Positions 12,231-25,875 are shown, counted from the first letter of the stretch. The stretch: DNA of 64,000 nucleotides from Raja brachyura (GCA_963514005.1 OY740798.1:11098001-11162000), one strand, 5' to 3'. Numbers and translations are program-made. Notes: generated by a model not told the origin, from the sequence alone.

Positions 12231-13429
12231 AAACTAGGATACCCAAGTGATAGAAATCAAATCAAAGGATGTATTTTCTATATTGCCCTCAAACCCATAG
12301 ATTAATTCGTATCATGATGATCTTTGAACGTCGAAACGAACCAACGCATAATGACCCACTGACTATTCTCCCCGTTCTAAGCGGCGGGGCCGGTAAATGC
12401 GAATAACAATCTGTGTCTGTTTCGCGCTTTTATACGTGTAAACGCGCGCCCCTTGCCTTGAGCGGATCAACTCGCTCATGTAATGTCGCCATCGCTATCC
12501 AGTCCCTTCCGCAATTTCGGACAAGAATGTTATGTGCGGCGTAGCTTCGTAGCCCGGGATCTCCAATGACCGAGGGTGTTGCTTCGCCCAGAGTTGACCC
12601 ATTCATTTGGCTACAACTTTCCTCCTTTTTCCCTAATTTAAAAATAAATAATCCCAAGTACCAACAAATTCACGCTGACATTAAATAACTAGAACGTATT
12701 TTGTTGCGAGGGGTCTGATTAACTCACTGAGCGCCTTCCCTTTCATCTTTTTACCTCTTCAATATAAAAACAATCTTCATTGAGAAAGAGGTTTATAGTG
12801 CGTGACAATGCTGATAAGAAACAAAAACGTTCAAGAGAGGGAATCGAAAGAATAACGAGGGTAAACGAGGGCAGCGTATCCCCGGATAGGATAGAAGAAG
12901 ACGTTAATTAAAAAAATCTTAATTGGGGAATGACCTTAACCTTGAATACTTTGCCGGAAAGTTAAGAAAAACCTAAATCACATTTGGCAGAAACCAAATG
13001 CCTGGTGCAAATTTATTTAAGTAATCTTATCTCTTCGCACAATAACCCGGTTGACAATGAAGAACGAAGCTGCTCCAAGGCCAGAGATTCTGCAAACCAA
13101 AAAAAAAAGTTTCTAACAAACTACACTGTATGTTGCAATTGCGTCCCTTTAACTAAATTACTGTCCAATACTTTGAGAAACATTGTAAGAAACAAGTTCA
13201 ATGGTTCAATTGTTCAAAGTTTCACAAGTTATTGGACTTTACATTATTGCACGCAACTTTCTGCGGCTGATGCCAACTGCGCGGCTGACGCCGTACATGT
13301 TGAAGGTTGGCCGGTGTTTATTATCGCGATAGCGGCGAGATATTGTGCAGTGTAATTGGATGTGATGTTGCTCGCTGGGTTAGAGGGGAGGGAGGTTGGG
13401 GAGGGGGCAACGGGGAAGGGAAGGGAGAG

Positions 13430-13880
13430 CGGCCAGTGAGGCACATTTTCCCCCTTCCCGTGCATCCCGTGTGTCATTAGTGAGCCTGTGAGTGGCAGTC
13501 ATCAGCTCGGGGAGGAGGTATTTCGGCCACAACCTGCTTTTTGTTCACAGATTCAGCAACAGTGTGCGCAATATATTGTACAAAGGATGTTTCTGCCACA
13601 CGCAAGAATTTGTTATGGGAACAATTCTGTCGCTATGTAATTGCTCATTAGAGAGCGTTTTGTTTCTCATTAAGCAACATGAATAAGCGTCTAGTTCTAG
13701 GAGACAGCTGTAGAAATGTTGCACGTGAGACCCCTGGACACCATATCGCACCACTTGCCAATTAGACGTGTCAGCTTTCTGAGAAGCAAACAATATAAGA
13801 AGGGCACTAAAAAGATACACAGCAGCGGATTGCTTTCTGTAAAATATCCCCAGCTTGTTATAGCACTCTTAATGAAGCCA
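13430..13880. promoter_or_regulatory. Candidate intron 7 conserved enhancer (7CE2-like)
   Basis: Dense TGTCATTAG, ACAAAG, ACAAT and TAATTGCTCATTAG motifs in non-repetitive sequence. The 7CE name is assigned by order only. Confidence 0.45.
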
Positions 13881-14814
13881 TCGACGCAACTAACAACCAA
13901 TGTATTGCAACACAGGGGCGCTTCAGAAGTCCAGACTCCAAACTTCTAAACAACTTGAACTCGCCCCTCGTCCCAATGAGAGACAAACAAATCCTGGAAC
14001 CCAACTATTGCCGAAAGACTCGGTGTGGAAGTACAGTTGTTTCTGCAGTTTGGAGTATTTGTAGATGTGAAGTGTCGGGGTTGTGATTCGGGAGAGGGCG
14101 ATACAAACCTAACGCCCGGTACTTGCATTCAAGGCATTTTTTTTTAAGTCTGTAACCTTGGGCTTTTGTTTTAAACCCCCCGTTTCGATGCTGCTTACTG
14201 TACAACCCCGCTGAGAATTACATGCAGGATGTCATGGGTCACTGGTCCTGGCGTAATTTCAATACATTGCAAGATAAGGCGATTTTTTAAAACAATAAAA
14301 TGAGACTTTGAGATACTTTCGTTTTTTATGCCATATTGGAGCCACTATAGAACAGTTATAGGTCAAGATTAAAATCACGGACATAAGTAATTACCACCAT
14401 TTATTCCGTCCCATGGTGTGTTTCCCATGGCTTGCAAGGGTGGGCCATAAACGCGAAGTGACTGCTAAGGCTGTCTGGATATTTTAGGTGAATTATGTTG
14501 ATTGGAATCCCCAGGGATAGCCGGGGAAATCCAAACTTGTTTACTGCAATTACACGGTAATGATGTCGGTGGAGGTGGGATTTGTCTGACAGTTGTTTTA
14601 AGTAGTTAGGACCATGCAGGCCGCGGGGAGATTTCATACCGAGCTGAGACTGCTCTCCGTTCGAACCCTGGTTGCCTGTTTAATAAATATACTCCACGGC
14701 AGAACCTAATGGGCTACTTCGGGCCTCAACGGAGCAAAAGTCTGCATAACGTTTGTGAACTCGGAAATATTCCTCACACAACGTATACTCACAGAGCCGA
14801 CAGCAGAGAAAGAT

Positions 14815-15495
14815 ATGTATAGAAAGGAACTACAGATGCTGGTTTACATGCTTGTTTGATAGAAACAAAATGTAACTCAACGGGACAGTTGAGGAAATCT
14901 GAGGAAAGACATCCTTGCCATAGAGGGGGTACAGAGAAGATTCACCAGACTGATTCCTGGGATGTCAGGACTTTCATATGAGGAAAGATTGGATAGACTC
15001 GGCTTGTACTCGCTGGAATTTAGAAGATTGAGGGGGGATCTTATAGAAACTTACAACATTCTTAAGGGGTTGGACAAGCTAGATGTTGGAAGATTGTTCC
15101 CGATGTTGGGGGAGTCCAGAACAAGGGGTCACAGTCTAAGGATAAGGGGGAATTCCTTTAGGACCGAAATGAGGAAAACATTCTTTACACAGAGAGTGGT
15201 GAGTCTCTGGAATTCTCTGCCACAGAAGGTAGTTGAGGCCAGTTCATTGGCTATATTTAAGAGGGCGTTAGATGTGGCACTTGTGGCTAAAGGGATCAGG
15301 GGGTATGGAGAGAAGGCAGGTACGGGATACTGAGTTGGATGATCAGCCATGATCACATTGAATGGCGGTGCAGGCTCGAAGGGCCGAATGGCCTACTCCT
15401 GCACCTATTTTCTATGTTTCTATGTTTCTATGACAGGCATAATCTCTGGAGAGAAGGAATGGGTGACGTTTCTGGTCGAGACCCTTCTTCAGACT
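14815..15495 (-). mobile_element. Penelope-like terminal repeat split by a CR1 insertion; hammerhead motif at 15461-15495
   Basis: 14815-14888 and 15432-15495 are two halves of the repeat consensus (gtaactca.cgggacag / acaggca..tctctggagagaaggaatgggtgacgtttc). Confidence 0.75.
14889..15432 (+). mobile_element. CR1-type LINE 3' fragment (ORF2 C-terminus, 3'UTR, tandem tail)
   Basis: Encodes GLSYEERLDRLGLYSLEFRRLRGDLIETY...RTRGHSL...FFTQRVVSLWNSLP; ends in (TTTCTATG)n. Confidence 0.92.
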
Positions 15496-15739
15496 GCGAT
15501 ATCATTTGTTCTTTCTGAAGGATATGCCTCCACTCTGCCCATAGTTTTGTAAAAAACAAAAAGTTTCCCCTCTATCGTGCTTCTTTCTATTTGAAGCATT
15601 GTAATTTATGCAATGTCATGATTGCAATCGCCTTAACACAGTCGATTGGCCCGTCGCTGTCGTACTGTTGTTTGTGCAAACTTGCTGAGGGTAAATTGGC
15701 TGCCATCGCAAGCGAGATGCTTGGCAAGAGAGGGGCCCT

Positions 15740-16060
15740 GATCAGAAAGGTAGCCTATCCATGTCCTCCGGAGATGCTGCCTGGCCCGCTGAGTCAGTCC
15801 CGCACTTTGCGCCTTTTTTTATTTGTAAACCAGCATGTGCAGTTCCTTGGGTCTACGAGAACTTGATTGGTGCGCGGCAGGCAGATCATCTGAAAGATAC
15901 TACATTATTGCGAGTCCGTCAGTTACCAGTCTGAAGAAGGGCCCCCACCTAAAAGGTCCTCTGTCCATTCCCTGCACAGATGCTGCCTGGCCCGCTGAGT
16001 TCCTCCAGCACTTATTGTGTTTTGCTCACGATTCCAGCATCTGCAGTTCCATGTGTCTTC
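15740..16060 (+). mobile_element. Two tandem degenerate Penelope-like terminal repeats
   Basis: gatgctgcctggcccgctgag..ccagca..ccagcatctgcagttcc units, with a degenerate CTGAAGAAGGG motif at 15931. Confidence 0.7.
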
Positions 16061-16099
16061 AGATACTAGTCTCAGCTTGTCATTCTCTGATCCCAAAGT

Positions 16100-16400
16100 G
16101 TAATCATCGTGTTCTATTATACATTAAACCGAGGAGGGATTATATTACCAATGACAGCCGATTGTATCTCCGCGCTGTTTTCAGCAGAGAAAGGCTTTCC
16201 CATCATCTGTTACAAGATATCATTGGTCTGGATTAGAGCAACTCTACATTTCGCCATTAAAAAAAAAATAATGTCTTAATCGCATTATCAATTCCGACCA
16301 TTAACTTTCCCTTAGCAAAGCAACTTGTAACCCCAACAGGAAATCTGTAATCACACCTCTCTCCGAGATGATTAAGAGCAACCCTCCACTGAAATAGAAC
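16100..16400. promoter_or_regulatory. Candidate intron 7 conserved element (7CE3-like)
   Basis: TAATC/GGATTA (K50 homeodomain) sites, TGACAG (Meis) and CCAAT/ATTGG in non-repetitive sequence. Inferred. Confidence 0.35.
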
Positions 16401-18689
16401 TCGAGATAAATATTGAAACTGAGCACAAATCAGAGTGTCCATAAACGAAATAAACATAAACATGGAAACAAGTTAGCCTATAACGTCACGAAACAAGTTC
16501 GCTTCACTTCCTCATTATGAAATATTTCATAGAGTATCCGTCCCAACTTGGTTCGACTAGTATTCGAAGATATCTGACCCTTCATTACAGTCTTGCAGAG
16601 GAATGTTATTTTACGCTTTCCCAATGACCAGGCGACCCGATGATTAGTGAAAAAATATGGCGATTAATATTATTTCCAAGCCACGTGTTACGGAAATATA
16701 TTGCAAACTAACTTTTACATGAAGTTAAACATGATTTCGGGCCTTGATGATTATTTCAATGAGCTCAACCATGCATGCAATATTATCCACAGTAGTTTCT
16801 AATTCGATGCCACTTTAAAAATATAGGAGCCACGAGGAGGGAATAATTGCTTTAATGTCCAAGTTCCAACGAATTGTTCCCCTCGATCCAACTGAACGAC
16901 GACCTTTGTATCTTTGACCAATAAAGCGACACGGAGCAGATGTGTTCCCCAAATAATAAACGGGATTCCTTTAAGAATATCCACACCACTTCTTAATGCT
17001 CCGGATCCAACTCGTGCCTCGATGTTTGAGTAGGTTTTTAAAAGTCCATTATGTGAAGCGCAAGTCAGGGTTAGATCTCAGAGAGGGAGTATGGTTTCAG
17101 GACCATTTATGTCAACCGGCAGAGGAGAAAAAAATAATAGCAATATCGAGTGTGATAATAGTTTAAGGGAGACATCTTTATCAACCCTGTCCTTTAGATC
17201 AGACAGTGCGACATTCTCCAGCGAATTAGGGGGTTTAAGCATCGCTGTGACAGTTTGTTCTTAATCTTTTTTTTCTTAAAGCCTTCTACAGGATTTAGAC
17301 ACTTTTCTTTCACAAGGTTTATAGTGAAAGCCAGTGTGTTTCTCATCTGTGCTGGTGCGCTGAAGAGTGCCGCAATCCGTTTGCTATCTCCTTGCTTGTT
17401 TTCCGCGTGAATGATTAAGACACTGAGAAACTAAGGAATGATTTTATTTCCCAGAGCCTTATTGTAAAAAACAAATCCTAACCCCAGCGTCAGTTGGTCT
17501 GGCTGTGGGATAAAAGGACGCACATTTATCCTTCTTTTTACGGATTAGCTCTCAGGAGTAACAGCACCAGGGACCGAGGTATTCAATTGGTTCTTTCGGA
17601 GATTTCAAACCGCCCTCCCCAAAAAGAGACATAAAAGAAAGATAACTTAATTGTCTGTCGTTTGGTGTGTGTTTTTTTTAAATTCCTGTACCGCCTTTAT
17701 TTCAAAGACAATCGAGAATAATCGGTTTATGTCTGAAGAAATTGACAATATTATTGTGTTTTACTTCACCTGTATTCAAATACCGTGTGTATTGGGCATG
17801 GAAGCCTTAATCTATATTGCTTGGTCTATAGCATGTAGATTTTTAAATGGTGATAGTATGTAAGGTGCAAGTTGAAATGTTGTATTCAACTAGAGTGATG
17901 GTTGGGAGCGCTTATTATTAGTTTTTAATTTGAGGATTAACAGCAGACTCCAGAGTTCATTCGCCCTAATTAACCGTTGTTCTTCGGCAGTCTTGGTTTG
18001 TAGTGCACAAACCCAAGCTTTCTCTTCGAAATGTTAGGAAGGAGGTGAAAATCAGTTAAGCCAACGAATATCAGGTGAACGAGTTACTGGAATCTGGATA
18101 TTTGATGGAGAGTGGGGGAGGGGGGAGGGGGGAGGGGGGAGGGGGGGGGGGGTGCAGGGCGTGTAGGCTTGGAGGCTTGAAAATTCGTTGAAGAACAGGA
18201 GTTCGTTCAGATTCCTGCATTTAGAGCAACGGGAGGGAGAAAAAAAAACTTAAAATAGAAAGCAAAGTTGATGGCAAGCGGGGAAAATCGTGTCGGCCGC
18301 AAATCCACCCAGGGAGGTTGTGCAGGTGCAAAGTGTTATAGATGTGGACATTGAACAGGGGATAATAGGGTCGATAAAAATGTCACATTGCGTCCTGCAA
18401 AGGCATAAAATAACGTTGCTTCGATCCCGGTGAACATACTCCAGAGGAATAGTTTCCATTACCGAAAGCGGCCAAAACAAATGACAAGAAAAACCTTGCA
18501 ACGTGTTGGGGGGACGCAGGAACTAATATAAATGTAAAGGTTGATTTTGCAACCTGAGTTAAAGAATATTTTATTTTCTTGTTAGCTAACAGACTGGCGC
18601 ATAGAGAGAGAGTCTCATTCAAACTGTTGTCCCAAATGCTTTGGCCCATTCTCCTCCTATAGAATGTATACGCGTTGAACAGTCCAACT

Positions 18690-18950
18690 CGGAGGACAGT
18701 GATTAATGATAGTGCCGTACAAAGGTTAACATACTTCACTGAAAAGTCTGTTGACTGTGATGCTTGTGTGACAATGTGGAGAACTGCCCGCCTGAAGAGA
18801 ATCCTTTTGTTGCCTTCCCGCGATAACTAGCGATTGTATTCTCAAAATTCTGCCCAAGAAAATTTGCCAAACCTTCTGGCCTGGGACTTTAATGGTTTCC
18901 GTCCCTATGCTGGCATTGTGCGCCTGAAAGGCTATTCAAGAGTTGGCGGC
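18690..18950. promoter_or_regulatory. Candidate distal intron 7 conserved element
   Basis: GTGATTAATGATAG..ACAAAGG..TGACAATG motifs. Inferred. Confidence 0.25.
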
Positions 18951-19824
18951 CACTGCAAAAGACATTTAAAAACCGCCCATATGGTGGTCAGGAACATAGA
19001 GACAATCTCTATTTTAAAGGAAATTCCTTAACTCTCGGAATTTTTATGTAGCTTGGCTTGTGAAACGCGGGTTTCCGTCAGTTTCTAAATGGGCTACGTT
19101 TAAAATGCAAGTGGGTCCGAATCATAGACTTTTCTTTAATTAATTAGGGATTGTGTGTGTGTGGAAATCGGGGTGCATCGTAAACCATTGACTTCGATGG
19201 CCATATGACACGATAATTCTCGCTGGGTTTCAGCCTTAACGGCTCTTTAAAAGGGTTCGATCAACCATGAATCATATGAAAATTGTTATCTCATAAACCT
19301 TGCAAAGATGTGATTGAGCAGTAATATTGACATATGTTTACAGGATTCTGCTTGCTTTGTTGCCAGAGTTTAATAATGTGAGGTATGTGCTGACAGATGC
19401 ACTTCTCTGCACTTGTTTGGTTCTTTAGGCATTGAGTACAGTCCTCCCCTATTACAATCAAATATGAATCTAAGCAATCTGGGTCGCTTCAGTTAACCAA
19501 AGTGTTAAAATTTGGATTTATTATAGCGCTCGTCACAATTCTGTTCCTTTTTTAAAAAGTACTTATGTATCACATGTACGAGCTGTCCTTTATTCTATAT
19601 ATAAGAAAATTATAGGCTGTTATTACTGATAATATAATTGCCGGCAGGCTCAGCAGTGAGAGGCCAAGATTATGAGCTTTCAGACTTCTACTTAAATCAA
19701 CGAAGAGATAAATTCCGGGGTTTGAACTTCTGGAATGTACCGTCTGTAAAGTTACTGGGTGACTTGGCGAAGAGAGGTTTGATTAAAACAATTACTACAG
19801 TAGGGAATATACGGTAAATACTAG

Positions 19825-20085
19825 TATGTAGGAAGGAACTGTAGTTTACATCGAAAGACAGAAAAAACTCATCGGGCCAGGCAGCATCTGCGGGGAAAAG
19901 GAATAGGTGACATTTTGAGGTCTACTGTGGGCTCTTTAGCCATCGGAGCCCTTTTCATACCTCTGGTTTCCCTTTCCCGGACTCTCGGTCTGAAGAAGGG
20001 TCTCGACCCGAAACGTAACTTATTCCTTGTATCACAGAGATGCTGCCTGACCCGCTGAGTTACTCCAACATTTTCTGTCTATATT
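19825..20085. mobile_element. Head-to-head pair of Penelope-like terminal repeats
   Basis: Minus copy about 19825-19915, plus copy about 19960-20085. Confidence 0.8.
19987..20020 (+). ncRNA. Minimal type-I hammerhead ribozyme motif (best-preserved sense copy in Pax6 intron 7)
   Basis: GGT-CTGAAGA-A-GGGTC(TC)GACCC-GAAA-CG-TA-ACT: intact core, stem II, palindromic ACGT stem III and a 3-bp stem I. Activity is not shown. Confidence 0.65.
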
Positions 20086-20479
20086 CATGGAGAATACTAG
20101 TTTGAGAAGGAAACTCTGGGGTATTGTCGTTTCAAATGGTAATCTGCATATTAACAGTATCGGGATACTGTCATTTGGGGACTGGAGTTGGACTGGCCGT
20201 TGCACGGAGCTCAGCAATTAAAGACTTGTTCACTAATAGTGTAACAGAGACGCCGATGGTTACGAGGACTGGCGACTCCTAACATCGTAGATGATTCTAT
20301 GGTAAATTTATCAAGTTATCAAAAGGTCCAAAAGTCTTGCCGTGACCTGTCCCTGTAGCCCGTTCGGTGCCAAACACTGCGAGTGGTTTCACACTTGGTC
20401 CCAGCAATCGGATGTCCTCTTGACCCATGAGGTTACTGCCGGCTCCTATCCAGATCGTTGTAATAGTGCAGAGAGTGTG

Positions 20480-20840
20480 GAAAGGAACTGCAGTTGCTGG
20501 TTTAACAAAAAATGTAAAGACACACAAAAAATCTGGAGTACCTCAAAGGGCCAGGCAGCATCTATGGAGAAACGGAATAGGTGATGTTTCGGGTAGTTTC
20601 CACCTAGCCAACAGCTAACAATGGACCGTTTCCTTGATTATCGTTACTTTTTGGCATAGTAATTCGTTCATTTGTTCTAACATCTCTCCATGTCACCGTT
20701 TACATCTCTCGTTTCCGTTTCACCTGACTCTCCGTCTGAAGAGGAGACTGGACCCGCAATGTCAGCTGTCAGGTTGTTCTTCCTTTTCTCCAGAGAGGCT
20801 ACCTGACCCGCTGACTTATTCCAGCTTGTTGTGTCCATCT
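20480..20840. mobile_element. Head-to-head Penelope-like terminal repeats (degenerate)
   Basis: Minus copy about 20480-20593, plus copy about 20595-20840, with a degenerate CTGAAGAGG..GACCCG motif. Confidence 0.7.
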
Positions 20841-21236
20841 AATATTAGAGATTCTGGTACCTCTAAAGCAAAAGACCATGCCTGCTTGAAGTTGCAATTT
20901 CCCCACTCCCATCAATTTAACGTTAGCTTCATCTTAACAATCAACTAATTACATGTTTATTGGTGAATTAAGAATGTAATAGAATATGTTGTATAGGGCC
21001 AGGCCATTATGTCCATCTAGTCGTGTTGTTAATAATGGGAATAACCAATATTGGAATGAAGGATTGATAGTACAATGTATAAAAACGATTAAATAATATG
21101 AAATGAATTATTTAATCAGTGTTTTTTTATTCTTAAATGTAAAACAATAAAAAAAATGGGTAAATAGGTTGTACTGTATTTGGTGTAAACCAGCATCTGC
21201 AGTTCCTTCCTGCACAAACTATTACTTAAGTCGTGA

Positions 21237-21521
<285 letters not shown>

Positions 21522-21528
21522 TGAGTGC

Positions 21529-21686
21529 NNNNNNNNNNNNNNNNNNNNNNNNNNNNNNNNNNNNNNNNNNNNNNNNNNNNNNNNNNNNNNNNNNNNNNNN
21601 NNNNNNNNNNNNNNNNNNNNNNNNNNNNNNNNNNNNNNNNNNNNNNNNNNNNNNNNNNNNNNNNNNNNNNNNNNNNNNNNNNNNNN
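21529..21686. other. Assembly gap (158 N)
   Basis: Run of N next to a GA-rich microsatellite. Confidence 1.
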
Positions 21687-21899
21687 GAAATGGAGATGGA
21701 TGGATAGAGAGAGATAGGGAAAGAAGGGAGGGAGGGAGAGCGGGAGGGATGGAGAGAGAGAGAAAGAAAGAGAGTGAGAGTGTGCATAAGAGCGATTTTT
21801 TCATTTCTACACAGATTTTCAGGCAAACATTTAACGTCCATCCCTATTTGACCTTGAGAAGGCAATAATAAAGACAATGTTGCAATCACAGAGTAATAG

Positions 21900-22270
21900 A
21901 GTTTCATAGAGAAATACAGGATGGAAATAGCTCTTTCGCCCCAACTCATCCATGCTGACTAAAATGCCCATTTAAGCTTGTCCCATTTACCCGTGTTTGG
22001 CCAATATATTTCAAAACATTTATAATGTATTTGAAATATTGTAATGTTACCTGCCTCCACTATTTTCTCTGGCAGCTCATTCAATATACCCACCATCCTC
22101 TGTTTGAGGAAGTTACCCCTCAGGTCCATTTTAAACCTCTCCCCTTTCACCTTAAATCTCTAATTTATCTCTGGGGAAAAGGCTGTGTGCATTTACCTTA
22201 TCTATGGCCCTCCTTATTTTGTACAGTTCATAAGGTCACCCCACTGTCTTCTAAGCTCCAAGGCATAATG
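21900..22270 (-). mobile_element. CR1-type LINE 3' fragment
   Basis: Minus-strand translation KGERFKMDLRGNFLKQRMVGILNELP (CR1 ORF2 end). Confidence 0.8.
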
Positions 22271-22284
22271 TTCTACTTTAGGAG

Positions 22285-22385
22285 GGTCTAAAGAAGTCAG
22301 AAGGTCACCATCCTGAAATGTTGTCGGTCCATTCCACCAGATGCTGCCTGACCCTCTGAGGTCTTCCAGCATGTTGTGTTTTGAA
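22285..22385 (+). mobile_element. Degenerate Penelope-like terminal repeat
   Basis: cctgaaatgttgtcggtccattcc..gatgctgcctgacc..ttccagca. Confidence 0.6.
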
Positions 22386-23859
22386 TAAAGCCCTAACCTG
22401 CCCAACCTCTCCCCACAACACAGATCGTTGAGTCCTGGATATTATTTGCACTCTTATATTAAGAGTGGAAATATTATTATTAATTGCATATTTCCCTATA
22501 GCTGGGTGGTCAAATCTATACCCAACATCCAAGTCTGTGTGCTAATTGTTAGATTTGCTACACATTAAGGGAATCAAGGTATATTGAGTTGCACATAAAG
22601 GTTAAAGGTCAGCCATGTTTTATTGAATGGCTGGTAGCAAATGGGTTGAGGGGCAGGTTTGACTGATCTACTCCTGTTCATTTTTTTATGTTCTTATAAA
22701 AGCTCTCTCATTGTGCTGTTGCTAGAAATTATAAGGACTTGAGCCCACAGTGATGAAAGATTAATTATATACTTCCAAGTAAGGATGGTGTGTGTTAGAG
22801 GTTGTGATATTCCCACGGGCATGCTGCCTTTATTTAATGCACTATAGATGGCAGATTTGGAAGATGCAGCCACATAAGCTTTGATGGGTTGCTGCAGTGC
22901 ATATATTAATTTAAAGTTTAATGCACATATAGCAGCAACAAGCACTGTTGATGGAGAAAGCGATGTTTGAAGTGATAAAGTTATATCAATCAGGTGACAT
23001 TCATGGCAGAATACCAGCTTTTGAATGTCCTTACAGCTACAGTATTTTCATATTTGATGCAACTAATGTTCTTCTCTATGCTGAGCTCCCCTTGATGGTA
23101 GACCATAGAAAAGTACAGAACAGGAACAGGCCCATTGGCATACAATTTCTGTGCCGAACTTGATGCCAAGTTAATCTAATCTCACCTACCCGCATTTGCT
23201 CCATATCCCTCTATTCCCTGCATATCCATTTTGATGAGGATCCAGCTACTGAAGGCCATAGTGTGGTATTTGCTTTCTTTTGTTGGAGATGATCACTGCC
23301 TTGCGCTTATGCATTACAAATATTATTAATGAATATCAGCCCAAACATTGTTGCCCAGGTCTTGTTGCATGTGGATAGACACAGCTTGACTTCAAAGGGG
23401 AAGCGAGAGAGATAAAAATGCAGAGAACATGAGGGGGGTGGGATTAGCAAAAGAGCAGTGTGAGACTGGTGGTGAATGAGTTTGTGGATGAGAAAGCATA
23501 GGAGCCAAGAGTCAAGAGACACAAGAGTGTTTTATTGTCATATGTCCCAGATAGAACAATGAAATTCGTACTTGCAGCAATACAACTGATTATGCAAGTG
23601 AGTATGTGAGACAAATTGTTTATGAAAGTACGTATGAGTGAAAGAGTGAGATCAGGAACATGGAAGTGTGAGTATGCACATAAAAATGAAATAATTTGAT
23701 AGAGAACAGTGAGATAGTGAGGTTGCGTATGAAAGAAAAAGAGAGAGACAGTGACAAGAGAATAAATGAAAAGTGGAGCATTGTGATTGAAAAGTAAACA
23801 ATCATATTTTATGCTCCCTACCAACCCGTTTTATTTTATTTTTGGAACATCTGGGAGAT

Positions 23860-24340
23860 ACAGCATGGAAATGGGCCCTTTGGCATAACCCAGACATGCT
23901 GATCAAGATTCCTCCTTGAGCGAATTACATGTTTTTGGTCCATGTCCCTCTAAAACCTTCCTATCCATGTACCTGTCCACATGTTGTTTAAATGCTGATA
24001 ATGCATGTACCTCCCCAAATGTTGTCTTACAAAGAACATTTGGACAGGTTAGAACCATGAGAGGTGACTTGATTGAAGATAAGATGGAGGTCTTGATGAG
24101 AGAATTGTTTCCACTCAATAGAGAATGGTAAACTGGGGTCAATATCTCAGAACAAGGAGACACCAAGTCAAGATTCAGATCATGTGAAACCTGTTCTCTT
24201 GGAAGGCCACAAGACTTTGGTACTCTCTTCCTCAAAGGATGATGGAAGAAGAGACTGGATATTTTAAGACAGAATTATACAGACAGTTGATTAGCAATAA
24301 GATGAAATGTTTGCCAGGGATAGGCTGGAATTTTGAATTG
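23860..24340. mobile_element. Old CR1-type LINE fragments (minus about 23860-24010, plus about 24030-24340)
   Basis: ccctctaaaaccttcctatccatgtacctgtcc (LINE tail, reverse strand) and an RGDLIE-encoding segment. Confidence 0.6.
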
Positions 24341-24372
24341 ATGTTAGAGCCACGTCAGTCATTACTTTATGA

Positions 24373-24621
<249 letters not shown>

Positions 24622-24739
24622 TAAATCAGTGTGTTTTGAATTGTGGTGACAATATTTCCCAGGATTTGGACCTGGAACTTTTTTTTCCTGTCTGATGTGG
24701 ATCTGGAATGATGATTTCAGTCCCACTCTGTCAGAGTGG

Positions 24740-25230
24740 AACCCCTGATAGAAGCAGGGTCGGTTCACCAGGTTAATTCCCGGGATAGCAGGACTTTTCA
24801 TCATTCCCAAAACGATGAAAGAATTGAACGACGGGGCTTGCATTCACTGGAATTTAGAAGTATGAAAGGGGAGGTTATAGAAATGTATATATTGTTTTAA
24901 GGGACTGGACAAGCGAGATGCAGGAAACATGTTCCGGATGTTGGGAGAGCCCAGAACCAGGGGCCACAGTTTAAGAATAAGGGGTAGATAAGGAAAAACG
25001 TTTTCACCCAGAGAGTTGTGAATTTGTGGAATTCTCTGCCTCAGAAGGCAGTGGAGGCCGATTCACTGGATACATTCAAAAGATAATTAGATCGTGCTCT
25101 TAGGGTTAGCGGAATCAAGAGATATGGGGAGAAGGCAGGAACGGGGTACTGATTGTGGTTGATCAGCCATGGTCTCATGGAATGGCGGTGCTGGCTCGGT
25201 GCTGCCTCCTGCATCTATTTTCTAATTATC
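24740..25230 (+). mobile_element. CR1-type LINE 3' fragment in intron 9
   Basis: Close paralogue of 14930-15420 (agaaccaggggccacagtttaagaataaggggt; gagagttgtgaatttgtggaattctctgcc). Confidence 0.88.
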
Positions 25231-25293
25231 TGTGTATTTTTTTTCTTTAAATTGCTACTGATTAAGATTTCTGTTCCATTTCCGTTTTGGAAG

Positions 25294-25444
25294 GTTTGGT
25301 TCTCCAACAGGCGAGCAAAATGGAGGCGAGAGGAAAAGTTGAGGAATCAAAGGCGACAAGCTAGCAACACGCCGAGTCACATCCCCATCAGCAGCAGTTT
25401 TAACACCAGTGTTTACCAGCCTATCCCACAGCCCACGACTCCTG
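25294..25444 (+). CDS. pax6: Pax6 exon 10, homeodomain helix 3 and start of PST domain (151 nt)
   Basis: ggaag|GTTTGG...CCTG|gtgagt; encodes [36 protein letters not shown] (S50 homeodomain). Confidence 0.97.
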
Positions 25445-25469
25445 GTGAGTTCAATGGCCACCGTCAACC

Positions 25470-25555
25470 CAAAAAGGATTCCAACTCGAAACGTCACCTA
25501 TTCGTTTTCTCCAGAGTTGCTGCCTGACCCGCAGAGTTACTCCAGTGTTTTTGTG
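25470..25555 (+). mobile_element. Penelope-like terminal repeat fragment just after exon 10
   Basis: cgaaacgtcacctattcgttttctccagagttgctgcctgacccgc..gttactccag. Confidence 0.75.
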
Positions 25556-25790
25556 GCCATCTTCAATCCACGGCTAAATTCAGGCCTTGAGCTGCATTGC
25601 CCTAAACACCACACCATCAGTCATCCAGTTACGAAAAAGTGCAACAAAAAAAAAACAGTGCAAAGCCATTAAAGTAGTGAATGATTTAAGAATCCGTAAG
25701 CTTTGTAAACATCAAGCTTAATATCTTTGAAGGAACGCCAACATCTTCTAAACCGCCAACTACTGTCGATTTAATTTAAAGATATCAAGT

Positions 25791-25791
<1 letters not shown>

Positions 25792-25872
<81 letters not shown>
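25792..25872. repeat. (CA)~40 microsatellite
   Basis: Perfect dinucleotide run. Confidence 0.99.
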
Positions 25873-25875
<3 letters not shown>

